In this document: positions 16,100-22,862 of the stretch, one piece after another
How positions within the stretch are numbered: position 1 is the stretch's first letter
How the letters are laid out: every line of letters begins with the position of its first letter
NCBI RefSeq assembly: GCF_003992115.1
Contig: NZ_RQUX01000008.1
Location: forward strand, 27,516-51,515
Direction of reading: 5' to 3'
DNA length: 24,000 nucleotides
Origin: Veillonella ratti
GTDB taxonomy: Bacteria; Bacillota; Negativicutes; Veillonellales; Veillonellaceae
Translations under genes and position numbers: made by a program
Notes under the pieces: model-generated
Databases searched by the model: none
What the model was told of the DNA's origin: nothing
The model's input: the letters and a program-made list of their open reading frames with translations, nothing else

Positions 16100-16149
16100 A
16101 AAAAAACTCCTTACTATATCGATAATACATTGATATAATAAGGAGTTTT
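16100..16149 (-). terminator. Rho-independent terminator after the rclA-like gene
   Basis: ACTCCTTACTATATC (16106-16120) pairs with GATATAATAAGGAGT (16132-16146), 14 of 15 bp. The A-run at 16100-16105 on the + strand gives a U6-7 tail on the minus strand. Confidence 0.75.
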
Positions 16150-16200
16150 GCTGTTTTATTACATTATGTTTATAATTTGATACTATTCATAAAGAGCATC

Positions 16201-17565
16201 TTATAACGCAAACAAATCGTTCAAGCTTTCGGACATGGTTGGGTGATTATAGATGAAGTCGCGGAGTACTTCATAGCCCAAATCATGGTCCATAGCGAGT
16301 TTAATCATGTTGATCATTTCATGGGATTCGGCACAGAAGAGTTGTGCGCCCAAGATTTTGCCGTTTGGAGCTACCAAAGCTTTTAACACGCCTTCGGTTT
16401 CGCGAAGTACTTTGGCTTTTGGAATTGCATTAGCCGGCATTTTAAGAACGCGGTACTCGAGGCCTTGAGCTTTGGCTTCTTTTTCATTCAAACCTACACG
16501 GGAGAACGGTGGTTCAATGAATACGGAGTACGCGAAAGCGCCACGGTTTTCAGTCGTACGTTGACTGTTGCCCATCATGTCATCCAAAACGATGCGGTAA
16601 TCATCTAAGGAAATGTAGGTGAACTGCAATTTACCTACTACGTCGCCGGCAGCCCAGATGTTAGGCACGCTGGAGCGTAAGTGTTCATCTGTTTCAACAG
16701 CGCCGCGGTTCGTCATTTTGATACCCGCTTTTTCAGCTTGAAGTTCATCCGTATTAGGACGACGACCGGTAGCAATAAGAACAGCATCGCCGGCTAATTC
16801 TTTAGTAGCGCCGTCAGCTGTGTAAGTTACTACGCCGTCTTTGATTGCGCTAATAGCCGCACCGGTAATCACTTCAACGCCTTTAGCACTGATAACTTCG
16901 CGAATTACTTCGACAATGTCTTCGTCTTCACGTGGTAAAAATACATCGGCATCTTGAATAATCGTAACTTTGCTGCCGAATTCGGCAAACATGGATGCAA
17001 ATTCCAAACCGATATAACCGCCGCCTACGATGGTAAGGCGTTCAGGGAGTTCATCCAAATCCATGAGCGTCTGGGATGTGTAGAGTTTATTGCCTGCCTG
17101 AAGTTCACCGGTCGCTGGATCGCGCACGCCTTCAATATTAGGAATTACAGGGGTAGAGCCGGTATTAATCAAGAACTGTTCAGCCGTCAACGTTAAATCA
17201 CCATCAGCGGTTTTAACATTGATAGTTTTAGCATCAACAAAGGATGCTACGCCATCAATGATTTCAGCACCGGCTTGAGCCACTTTATTATAGTTGGCCT
17301 GATTCAACGCCGCGGTTAATTGACGTTTGCCTTCAATGGATTTTTTGAAATAAGCCGCTTTTTCGCTAAAAGAAGCATCAGGGGACAAAGCCGCATCCGT
17401 AATCAAACGTTTTGAAGGAATGCAGCCCACATTAATACAAGTCCCGCCATACATAAAAGCGTCTTTTTCAATTAAAGCCACTTTTTTACCGGATTTTGCC
17501 AATTTGCCGGCCAAAGTTTTGCCGGCTTTACCGAAACCAATCACAATTACGTCATACGATTTCAT
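16201..17565 (-). CDS. rclA: class-I pyridine nucleotide-disulfide oxidoreductase, RclA/MerA-like flavin disulfide reductase
   Basis: 454 aa. FAD motif VIVIGFGKAGKT. Redox-active GGTCINVGCIPSK. NAD motif IVGGGYIGLEFA. Also LQFTYISLDDYRIV and C-terminal HPTMSESLNDLFAL. It is near-collinear with E. coli RclA (YkgC) as I recall it. RBS AAGGAGG. Confidence 0.8.
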   Translation of the reverse strand: MKSYDVIVIGFGKAGKTLAGKLAKSGKKVALIEKDAFMYGGTCINVGCIPSKRLITDAALSPDASFSEKAAYFKKSIEGKRQLTAALNQANYNKVAQAGAEIIDGVASFVDAKTINVKTADGDLTLTAEQFLINTGSTPVIPNIEGVRDPATGELQAGNKLYTSQTLMDLDELPERLTIVGGGYIGLEFASMFAEFGSKVTIIQDADVFLPREDEDIVEVIREVISAKGVEVITGAAISAIKDGVVTYTADGATKELAGDAVLIATGRRPNTDELQAEKAGIKMTNRGAVETDEHLRSSVPNIWAAGDVVGKLQFTYISLDDYRIVLDDMMGNSQRTTENRGAFAYSVFIEPPFSRVGLNEKEAKAQGLEYRVLKMPANAIPKAKVLRETEGVLKALVAPNGKILGAQLFCAESHEMINMIKLAMDHDLGYEVLRDFIYNHPTMSESLNDLFAL

Positions 17566-17640
17566 CTTTTGCCTCCTTATTGGTTTGCTATCAATATTTT
17601 TGAAAAATAAATAATCTTGAATATCTGTCTCATATATTTA

Positions 17641-17649
17641 ATTATATCA
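17641..17649 (-). promoter_or_regulatory. extended -10 element (TGaTATAAT) for the rclA-like gene
   Basis: rc of 17641-17649 reads TGATATAAT. This gives a leader of about 70 nt. The same 10-mer, GTGATATAAT, recurs in the Rrf2 internal promoter (rc of 18384-18393). Confidence 0.45.
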
Positions 17650-17748
17650 CACTGCCTCCCAAAGGCTGCAATATAACATCGATATTTTTCAAAAAATTTA
17701 CGATTATGTAGTCAACAATCTTTTAAAAATTATCATAGCCAACATAAA

Positions 17749-17820
17749 AGAACCCCGCTCGGTCATGATACGTAACTTTCCTCAAGGATAAGCTCTTACA
17801 TAACCGAGACAGGGGGTTCT
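17749..17820 (-). terminator. long-loop hairpin, probable terminator of the Rrf2 operon
   Basis: AGAACCCC (17749-17756) pairs with GGGGTTCT (17813-17820). CTCGGT (17758-17763) pairs with ACCGAG (17803-17808). The apical region is 39 nt. On the minus strand the hairpin is followed by UUUAUGUU. Confidence 0.45.
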
Positions 17821-17833
17821 CATATTAACTATT

Positions 17834-17882
17834 TAGTTTTTTATACCAGTTCCGAGCATAGTTTTTATACCAGCTCCGAGCA
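17834..17882. repeat. tandem duplication (25 nt + 24 nt) spanning the Rrf2 stop codon
   Basis: TAGTTTTTTATACCAGTTCCGAGCA (17834-17858) is followed immediately by TAGTTTTTATACCAGCTCCGAGCA (17859-17882). The copies differ by one T indel and one T/C change. Confidence 0.85.
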
Positions 17883-18338
17883 ATCGGCATTGGCCGCCGC
17901 TTCATCTTTGGCAATTTGCGTTTCCGCATCTTCAATAATCGATGCTAACGTAATACTTTGCAACTCTTTTTCAAGGGCACTCTGAATCTGTTCCAAACGG
18001 CCGTCCAGCACACAATGAATATGACTTCCGACAGGACAATCCTGAGCCGGGTTTTCATGAAAACTGAACAACTGACCGTTATCGAGGGATTCTACGGCGT
18101 TAAAAATATCTAACAAGGTGATGTCCGACGGGCATTTGGCAATCTTGATGCCAGACGTGCCCTGGCGGGAATCAATCAGACCGTGCGCCTTCAGCATGAG
18201 CACAATGTTACGAATAATAACCGGATTTACGTTGATACTACCGGCCAAAAACTTGCTGGTTACTTTATATTTCTTTTCTGCAATAGCGATACAAGTAAAA
18301 ATATGAACCGCTATAGTAAAACGACTGGATATTTGCAT
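17865..18338 (-). CDS. Rrf2-family transcriptional regulator
   Basis: N-terminus MQISSRFTIAVHIFTCIA... is typical of Rrf2. The winged HTH reads SKFLAGSINVNPVIIRNIVLMLKAHGLI. I prefer ATG 18338 (GGAGG 7 nt upstream, rc of 18346-18350) over the track's 18344. It has Cys residues (QDCPVGSHIHC) but not the 3-Cys Fe-S spacing of IscR/NsrR. Confidence 0.85.
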   Translation of the reverse strand: MQISSRFTIAVHIFTCIAIAEKKYKVTSKFLAGSINVNPVIIRNIVLMLKAHGLIDSRQGTSGIKIAKCPSDITLLDIFNAVESLDNGQLFSFHENPAQDCPVGSHIHCVLDGRLEQIQSALEKELQSITLASIIEDAETQIAKDEAAANADCSELV

Positions 18339-18357
18339 GGGCATGCCTCCTAATAAA

Positions 18358-18379
18358 TTGTAATATACACTATTACATT
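18358..18379. promoter_or_regulatory. candidate Rrf2 operator, copy 1: TTGTAAT-ATACAC-TATTACATT
   Basis: Inverted repeat TGTAAT-N7-ATTACA, read directly. It lies between an extended -10 (TGATATAAT, rc of 18384-18392) and the Rrf2 RBS. It has the same arms and spacing as the site at 19267-19288. Confidence 0.55.
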
Positions 18380-18440
18380 AGAGATTATATCACGAATCCA
18401 CCGTTTTTACTATAACGACGCCCAAAATAAAAATGTATAA

Positions 18441-19070
18441 TTATTTGCCCACCACGCTGATACGCTGCTGAATGTGGTTACCTTTTTCGATTTCATCCAC
18501 CATAGCAAGCGCGTAGTCGGCATAACTTACCACACTTTCACCACGGTCGTTAACAGTGAATTCTTCACCGGCCAAAATGTATTCACCGGTACGAGCACCT
18601 TCCGGATCAAAAATCGCCGCAGGGCTTACGAAGGTCCATTTTACATCATTGCGTTTGCGAAGTTCTACCAATTCATCAGCCTGAGCTTTAGCGAGCGCAT
18701 AGAATTCTTTTGGAAATTCCGGTGTATCGAGGAGCTGCGTCGTATGTTCTTTATCTACGAACAAGCTGCCGGCACCACCTACAACCAATAAACGAGTATT
18801 CGTATTGGCTACGGCATCAGCCAAATGCATCAACGATTTAGTGTGAAGATCCAAGGTATCCGGTGCAAATGTACCAAATGCATCAACTACCGCATCAAAA
18901 CCTGCCAAATCTTCTTTGGTAATATCGAGAATATCTTTTTTCACAAAATTAGTAGCGTCCGATTTATTTTCGCTGCGGGCAAAACCGGTTACGTCAAAAC
19001 CACGACGAATTGCTTCCGCTACTACCAAACGACCTACTTTACCATTCGAACTTACAACTGCAATTTTCAT
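18441..19070 (-). CDS. NAD(P)H-binding protein, atypical SDR (YwnB-like)
   Basis: 209 aa. N-terminal Rossmann MKIAVVSSNGKVGRLVVAEAIRRGFDVTGFARS. Its size and its pairing with an Rrf2 regulator parallel B. subtilis ywnA-ywnB. Confidence 0.8.
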   Translation of the reverse strand: MKIAVVSSNGKVGRLVVAEAIRRGFDVTGFARSENKSDATNFVKKDILDITKEDLAGFDAVVDAFGTFAPDTLDLHTKSLMHLADAVANTNTRLLVVGGAGSLFVDKEHTTQLLDTPEFPKEFYALAKAQADELVELRKRNDVKWTFVSPAAIFDPEGARTGEYILAGEEFTVNDRGESVVSYADYALAMVDEIEKGNHIQQRISVVGK

Positions 19071-19121
19071 AATTGAACCTCTGCTTTCTCCCGTTCCGGG
19101 AATAAATGACTGTTAAAAATT

Positions 19122-19219
19122 TAACTTTTGAATTCTTAATGCTTAATACGTAACGCTGAACTCTTAATGCTGAATTCTTAATACTTAATGCCTAACTTTT
19201 AAAACTTAATTCTTAACGG
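19122..19219. repeat. degenerate repeat array rich in CTTAAT (ATTAAG on the transcribed strand), 7-nt phased pairs
   Basis: CTTAAT occurs at 19135, 19142, 19163, 19177, 19184 and 19205, and CTTAAC at 19212. Larger units: TAACTTTTGAATTCTTAATGCTTAAT (19122-19147), TGAATTCTTAATACTTAAT (19171-19189) and TAACTTTTAAAACTTAATTCTTAAC (19193-19217). Confidence 0.7.
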
Positions 19220-19249
19220 CTCTCTTGTAATGTTTTTCCTTACACGTTT

Positions 19250-19278
19250 ATATTACAATCTTTCGGTTGTAATGTCAA
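19250..19278 (-). promoter_or_regulatory. promoter of the YwnB-like/Rrf2 operon
   Basis: Minus strand: consensus TTGACA (rc of 19273-19278), 17-nt spacer, TAATAT (rc of 19250-19255). This predicts a leader of about 170 nt that contains the ATTAAG array. Confidence 0.55.
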
Positions 19279-19288
19279 GTATTACATT
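19267..19288. promoter_or_regulatory. candidate Rrf2 operator, copy 2: TTGTAAT-GTCAAG-TATTACATT (overlaps the -35)
   Basis: Identical to copy 1 at all 16 arm positions; only the central 6 nt differ. The -35 TTGACA lies in its centre. Extra half-sites TTGTAAT (19225-19231) and TATTACAA (19251-19258) flank and overlap the -10. Confidence 0.55.
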
Positions 19289-19408
19289 TTAAATTTTCTG
19301 AAAATTTTTTGTAAAGTCGCCGAATCATCTTTGCCAAATCATTTTCCCTAATCCGGAAACGCCAATCTTTACGCGGTTTTCAGAGGATAATACTGTCCCT
19401 ATAACAAC

Positions 19409-19443
19409 AAAAAAAAGATGAACCCGGCATAACCGAATTCATC
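19409..19443 (-). terminator. Rho-independent terminator after the TerC-family gene
   Basis: Minus-strand RNA GAUGAAUUCGG-UUAUG-CCGGGUUCAUC forms an 11-bp stem including two G-U pairs. U8 follows (A8 at 19409-19416 on the + strand). Confidence 0.75.
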
Positions 19444-19524
19444 CTTCAAGCCCCTCAGGGGCAATTATTATTTTTACGCCTTTTAGTAGCAAAACCCGTT
19501 GCTCCTCTTCAGCAATTAATGCCT

Positions 19525-20208
19525 TTATGCTTCTTCATCCGGAGCCGTTGCTTTACGGCGACGTTTCCAAATAAGCGCCGCAGCCACAACCAAAATAACA
19601 CCGGCAATTTCAATCAACCGTTCATAGCCTGTAATGTATGGCTGTAACAACGGTTCAGCCGTTACCATTTCAGCGGCTACCCACGCCAACAAGCTGCCGC
19701 CGGCCCATAAGATAATTGGGTATTTGTTGATAATACGCGCCAACAAACGGGAACCGTAAATCAAAAGCGGAACGGTAATTAACATCCCTACGATAACGAG
19801 TTCCAAATGACCTTTGGCGGCACCGACAACGCCGATAACATTATCGATACTCATCATCGCATCGGCTACGATAATCGTAATAATAGCACCGCGCAACGAA
19901 TCCTTACTTTCGATGTTCGCATCATCGTCATCGCCGACAAGGAGATGGAACGCAATCCACAAGAGCACGAGACCACCTACGAAATGGAGGCCCGGAATGT
20001 ATTCCAATGCTTCCACCAAGATGGTGGCAAAAATAAGACGCATCGCAATGGCCCCGAAGGTGCCCCACATGATGGCTTTTTCACGATACTTATCTTCCAA
20101 CTTACTTACGGCCATGCCGATAACCACGGCATTATCGCCGGCCAGCAAAATATCGACCACGATAATTTTACCAATCATAACCCATGTAGCTAATTCTAAA
20201 AATTCCAT
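19525..20208 (-). CDS. TerC/YjbE-family integral membrane protein
   Basis: 227 aa and multi-TM. It has two copies of the family DN motif (LLAGDNAVVIGMA and MMSIDNVIGVVGAA). It starts 18 nt after the nitroreductase stop, with AAAGGAAAG as RBS. Confidence 0.8.
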   Translation of the reverse strand: MEFLELATWVMIGKIIVVDILLAGDNAVVIGMAVSKLEDKYREKAIMWGTFGAIAMRLIFATILVEALEYIPGLHFVGGLVLLWIAFHLLVGDDDDANIESKDSLRGAIITIIVADAMMSIDNVIGVVGAAKGHLELVIVGMLITVPLLIYGSRLLARIINKYPIILWAGGSLLAWVAAEMVTAEPLLQPYITGYERLIEIAGVILVVAAALIWKRRRKATAPDEEA

Positions 20209-20226
20209 ATATTCTTTCCTTTAACT

Positions 20227-20757
20227 TTATTTTACGTAATATACCCGATTTTCTCTGCGTGGGGCCGCTTTAGGTGTGTCACCGTCAATGTAACCGAGGA
20301 CACAATGACCGATGCCTTCATAATCCCCTTCAATCCCGAGCGATTTCAAAAGCTCCTTACCTTCCGGTGACTCAAACTCTTCTTTGGCACGATGAATCCA
20401 GCAACTGCCGAGTCCCAACGCATGAGCGGCAAGCATGAGATTTTGCATAACCAGCGAACCGTCACATACATAAGGTGGCCGTTCTTTTGACGCCAATACC
20501 ACCAGCACTACCGGTGCATTATAAAACGGATCACTTTCGGTACCGAAAATCTTGGCATTCATCGCCGATAAGCGGTCCCGAACTTCTTTATTCGTTACGG
20601 CCACAATAATGGCCGATTGTTTCCCCATACTGCTAGGCGCATACAGACCAGCTTCAATAATCTGATCTATTAATTCCGCAGGCACTGCATCTGACTTAAA
20701 ACTACGAACACTCCGTCTAGTTTTTAACAGTTGTATCAAATGTTCTGCATCATGCAT
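20227..20757 (-). CDS. nitroreductase-family protein (176 aa)
   Basis: LLKTRRSVRSFKSDAVPAELIDQIIEAGLYAPSSMGKQS is the nitroreductase N-terminal signature. Also LGLGSCWI. RBS GAGGG lies 6 nt upstream. Confidence 0.85.
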   Translation of the reverse strand: MHDAEHLIQLLKTRRSVRSFKSDAVPAELIDQIIEAGLYAPSSMGKQSAIIVAVTNKEVRDRLSAMNAKIFGTESDPFYNAPVVLVVLASKERPPYVCDGSLVMQNLMLAAHALGLGSCWIHRAKEEFESPEGKELLKSLGIEGDYEGIGHCVLGYIDGDTPKAAPRRENRVYYVK

Positions 20758-20852
20758 AATAATCCCTCGCTTTACATGATTATACTAGAATTACGGCTAT
20801 TCCTTCCGACCGACATGAAATGTGCCGGAATTAAAATCTATCTCATAAATAT

Positions 20853-20881
20853 ATTATAATAAGAATTAAGAGCAACTTCAA
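20853..20881 (-). promoter_or_regulatory. candidate promoter of the nitroreductase-terC operon
   Basis: Minus strand: TTGAAG (rc of 20876-20881), 17 nt, TATAAT (rc of 20853-20858). The spacer contains CTTAATTCTTA, the same 11-mer found at 19205-19215. Confidence 0.5.
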
Positions 20882-20999
20882 ACAAAAATTGACAAAATTT
20901 GTCCACTCAAGCAAACTTTTTTTCTTCTCCTACGAAAATAGATTCTACTTTGGCTTCTATACAACCCCAGAGTATAGGACAAAACTCTTACATTCCAAG

Positions 21000-21030
21000 A
21001 AAAAAGAGGCCCATGTTGCCATGTTGCCTC
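21000..21030 (-). terminator. Rho-independent terminator after the KefG-like gene
   Basis: Minus-strand RNA GAGGC-AA-CAUG-GCAA-CAUG-G-GCCUC forms a 5+4 bp stem with a GCAA tetraloop. It is followed by U7. Confidence 0.6.
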
Positions 21031-21077
21031 AATATTCAAAAGATATAATTTGATGATAGGACATGTAATTATTTTAC

Positions 21078-21632
21078 CTACGCTTTAGCCAATAAAGCCA
21101 TCAACTTTTCAGTGTGAGACGCCAATTTAGCACGCGTAGCCACTTCATTTTCCGGTTTTCGATCGCCATAAGACACGCCGGTCGTCGCCACAAAGCCACC
21201 CCAGTGCATACCAGTCAAAATACACATAGATTTAAATGGTGCCAAATAATCTTCCAATTCAAAACGCATCATACCATCACGGCTATACGCAAAAGCAGGA
21301 GCCCCAGTTGTAAACGACGCAATCCAGGTTTTACCTTCCAACGCGTGGCCGGACGTGCCGTGAGACCAACCATGTTGGAATACCTGATCCATCCAACGAT
21401 GCAATAAGCCCGGCATAGAGTACCAATAGAATGGATACTGCAATACGATAATGTCGGCTGCTTCCAATTTTGCCTGCTCGGCCGGAATATCAAAATTAAA
21501 ATCGGCATACTGAGCATCCAAATCATCAAACACGGCATTCGGCAATTTTGCCTTCAAATCTTCCAAAATATACTTATTAGCTACTGAATCTACTACGGTA
21601 TCATGTGCGGAAACAACTAATACTTTTTTCAT
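21078..21632 (-). CDS. flavodoxin-like fold NAD(P)H:quinone oxidoreductase (KefG/YwrO-type, Flavodoxin_2)
   Basis: The track ORF (to 21791) overlaps the LysR 3' end. ATG 21632 has AAAGGAG 6 nt upstream (rc of 21639-21645). It gives MKKVLVVSAHDTVVDSVANKYILEDL...IVLQYPFYWYSMPGLLHRWMDQVF..., which is near-collinear with E. coli KefG as I recall it. Confidence 0.8.
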   Translation of the reverse strand: MKKVLVVSAHDTVVDSVANKYILEDLKAKLPNAVFDDLDAQYADFNFDIPAEQAKLEAADIIVLQYPFYWYSMPGLLHRWMDQVFQHGWSHGTSGHALEGKTWIASFTTGAPAFAYSRDGMMRFELEDYLAPFKSMCILTGMHWGGFVATTGVSYGDRKPENEVATRAKLASHTEKLMALLAKA

Positions 21633-21715
21633 CTCAAACTCCTTTACCCATACGATACAATTATAATCAACAAATTCGCCAAACGTATTCCTTTTTCCTT
21701 TTTTTGAAAAAATAT

Positions 21716-22591
21716 TCAGTTTCCATACTGTGCTTTGAAATGGTCTAAAAATGCGCCGGCTGCGGAAAAGCCGGAACGGAATTTTTTCCAAACAAAGACG
21801 GAGGACATAGATAATTCAGGACTTAACGGCTTAAACACAAACCGGTCGGAGCAGAATTGACGAACTGCCCCTTCAATGGTCAGCGCCGATGCTATCCCGT
21901 CGGCCACAATATTTACAGCATTGGTAATAATGTTGTAGGTGGCAAAAATATCCAGCTCAGAATACATGTCACCAAACCAGGCTTCCAATTCCTTTTGCAC
22001 GAAGAGCCGATCCGACGTAATCAAGGGCTCCCCCTTCAAGTCTTCTTTTACAATATATTCCTTGACCGCCAGCGGATGATCTTTACGCATAAAAACGCCC
22101 CAGCGCTCCCGATCCGCCATACGCAAATAATCGAATTTACTCACATCCACCGGTTCCAGCAAGAGCCCAAAGTCCAACAAACCTTGCTCGAGCCGTTCTT
22201 TTATATAGTCCGCATTATTGGTATAAAGACTAAAGGTAACCTTCGGATACAGTTCGCGAAAGCTCGCCATAATCGGCGGTAAGACATGCATGGCGTAAAG
22301 GCCACCGCTTCCGATGGAAATAACGCCGCCAAGCTCCCGCTGATGAGAAAATTCATCCTCAATCTTCGCCATAAGCCCGACTACCTCTTCGGCACGATGT
22401 TTCAGCATAACCCCGGCATCGGTCAGTTCAAACCGACAACCACGCACAAAGAGCGTGGCGCCCAGCGTTTTTTCAAGCTGTGCCATCTGACGACTCAGCG
22501 TCGGCTGCGTCACATGAAGCACGTCCGCCGCCCTCGATATATTCTCTTCCCGTACTACCGCCAAAAAGTATTGCAACAGCCTAAGTTCCAT
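21716..22591 (-). CDS. LysR-family transcriptional regulator
   Basis: 291 aa. N-terminal HTH MELRLLQYFLAVVREENISRAADVLHVTQPTLSRQMAQLEKTLGATLF, followed by a LysR substrate-binding body. Confidence 0.9.
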   Translation of the reverse strand: MELRLLQYFLAVVREENISRAADVLHVTQPTLSRQMAQLEKTLGATLFVRGCRFELTDAGVMLKHRAEEVVGLMAKIEDEFSHQRELGGVISIGSGGLYAMHVLPPIMASFRELYPKVTFSLYTNNADYIKERLEQGLLDFGLLLEPVDVSKFDYLRMADRERWGVFMRKDHPLAVKEYIVKEDLKGEPLITSDRLFVQKELEAWFGDMYSELDIFATYNIITNAVNIVADGIASALTIEGAVRQFCSDRFVFKPLSPELSMSSVFVWKKFRSGFSAAGAFLDHFKAQYGN

Positions 22592-22688
22592 GTAATCAGC
22601 CTCCCCACCGTTTCTGTATAATTTAATTAAATTATACTAAAATCCGACAGCGAGATAAACAGGCTTACAACGATTGAGCCGGATAAAT

Positions 22689-22734
22689 AAAAAGATAGGC
22701 CCCTACATCTTGAAAAAGAAACGTAAGAGCCTAT
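22689..22734 (-). terminator. Rho-independent terminator after the cyclophilin-like lipoprotein gene
   Basis: Minus-strand RNA AUAGGCUCUUAC (rc of 22723-22734) pairs with GUAGGGGCCUAU (rc of 22695-22706), 12 bp including two G-U pairs. It is followed by CUUUUUAUUU. Confidence 0.65.
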
Positions 22735-22862
22735 TTTTAGAATAAGAATAATATTTTAAGAATTGTATTTTAAAAAATTGTTAGTTTTAATGATTAATGT
22801 GAACTAGTTTTAATTGAAATAATCAGTTGTCATGGGATATTCGATACCCAATTAAATATACC

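Noticed and set aside
17566-17864. Rrf2 operator (TTGTAAT-N6-TATTACA) upstream of the rclA-like gene
   Set aside because: I searched by eye on both strands and found no copy or half-site pair. I therefore do not claim direct Rrf2 control of the reductase.
19122-19219. CRISPR array or minisatellite interpretation of the CTTAAT repeats
   Set aside because: The units are only 6-7 nt (or about 25 nt and degenerate), with no spacer structure and no cas genes. It is too short and irregular for a CRISPR array.
20758-21077. yybP-ykoY Mn riboswitch or another riboswitch ahead of the TerC-family operon
   Set aside because: I found no recognisable conserved cores or four-helix arrangement. The predicted leader is only about 95 nt with weak pairing. 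A covariance-model scan is needed to be certain.
21633-21791. 53-codon N-terminal extension of the KefG-like ORF (track 21078..21791)
   Set aside because: The extension overlaps the LysR 3' end and reads as junk (MEKIPFRLFRSRRIFRPFQ...). The internal ATG 21632 has an AAAGGAG RBS and aligns with the family N-terminus MKKVLVV.
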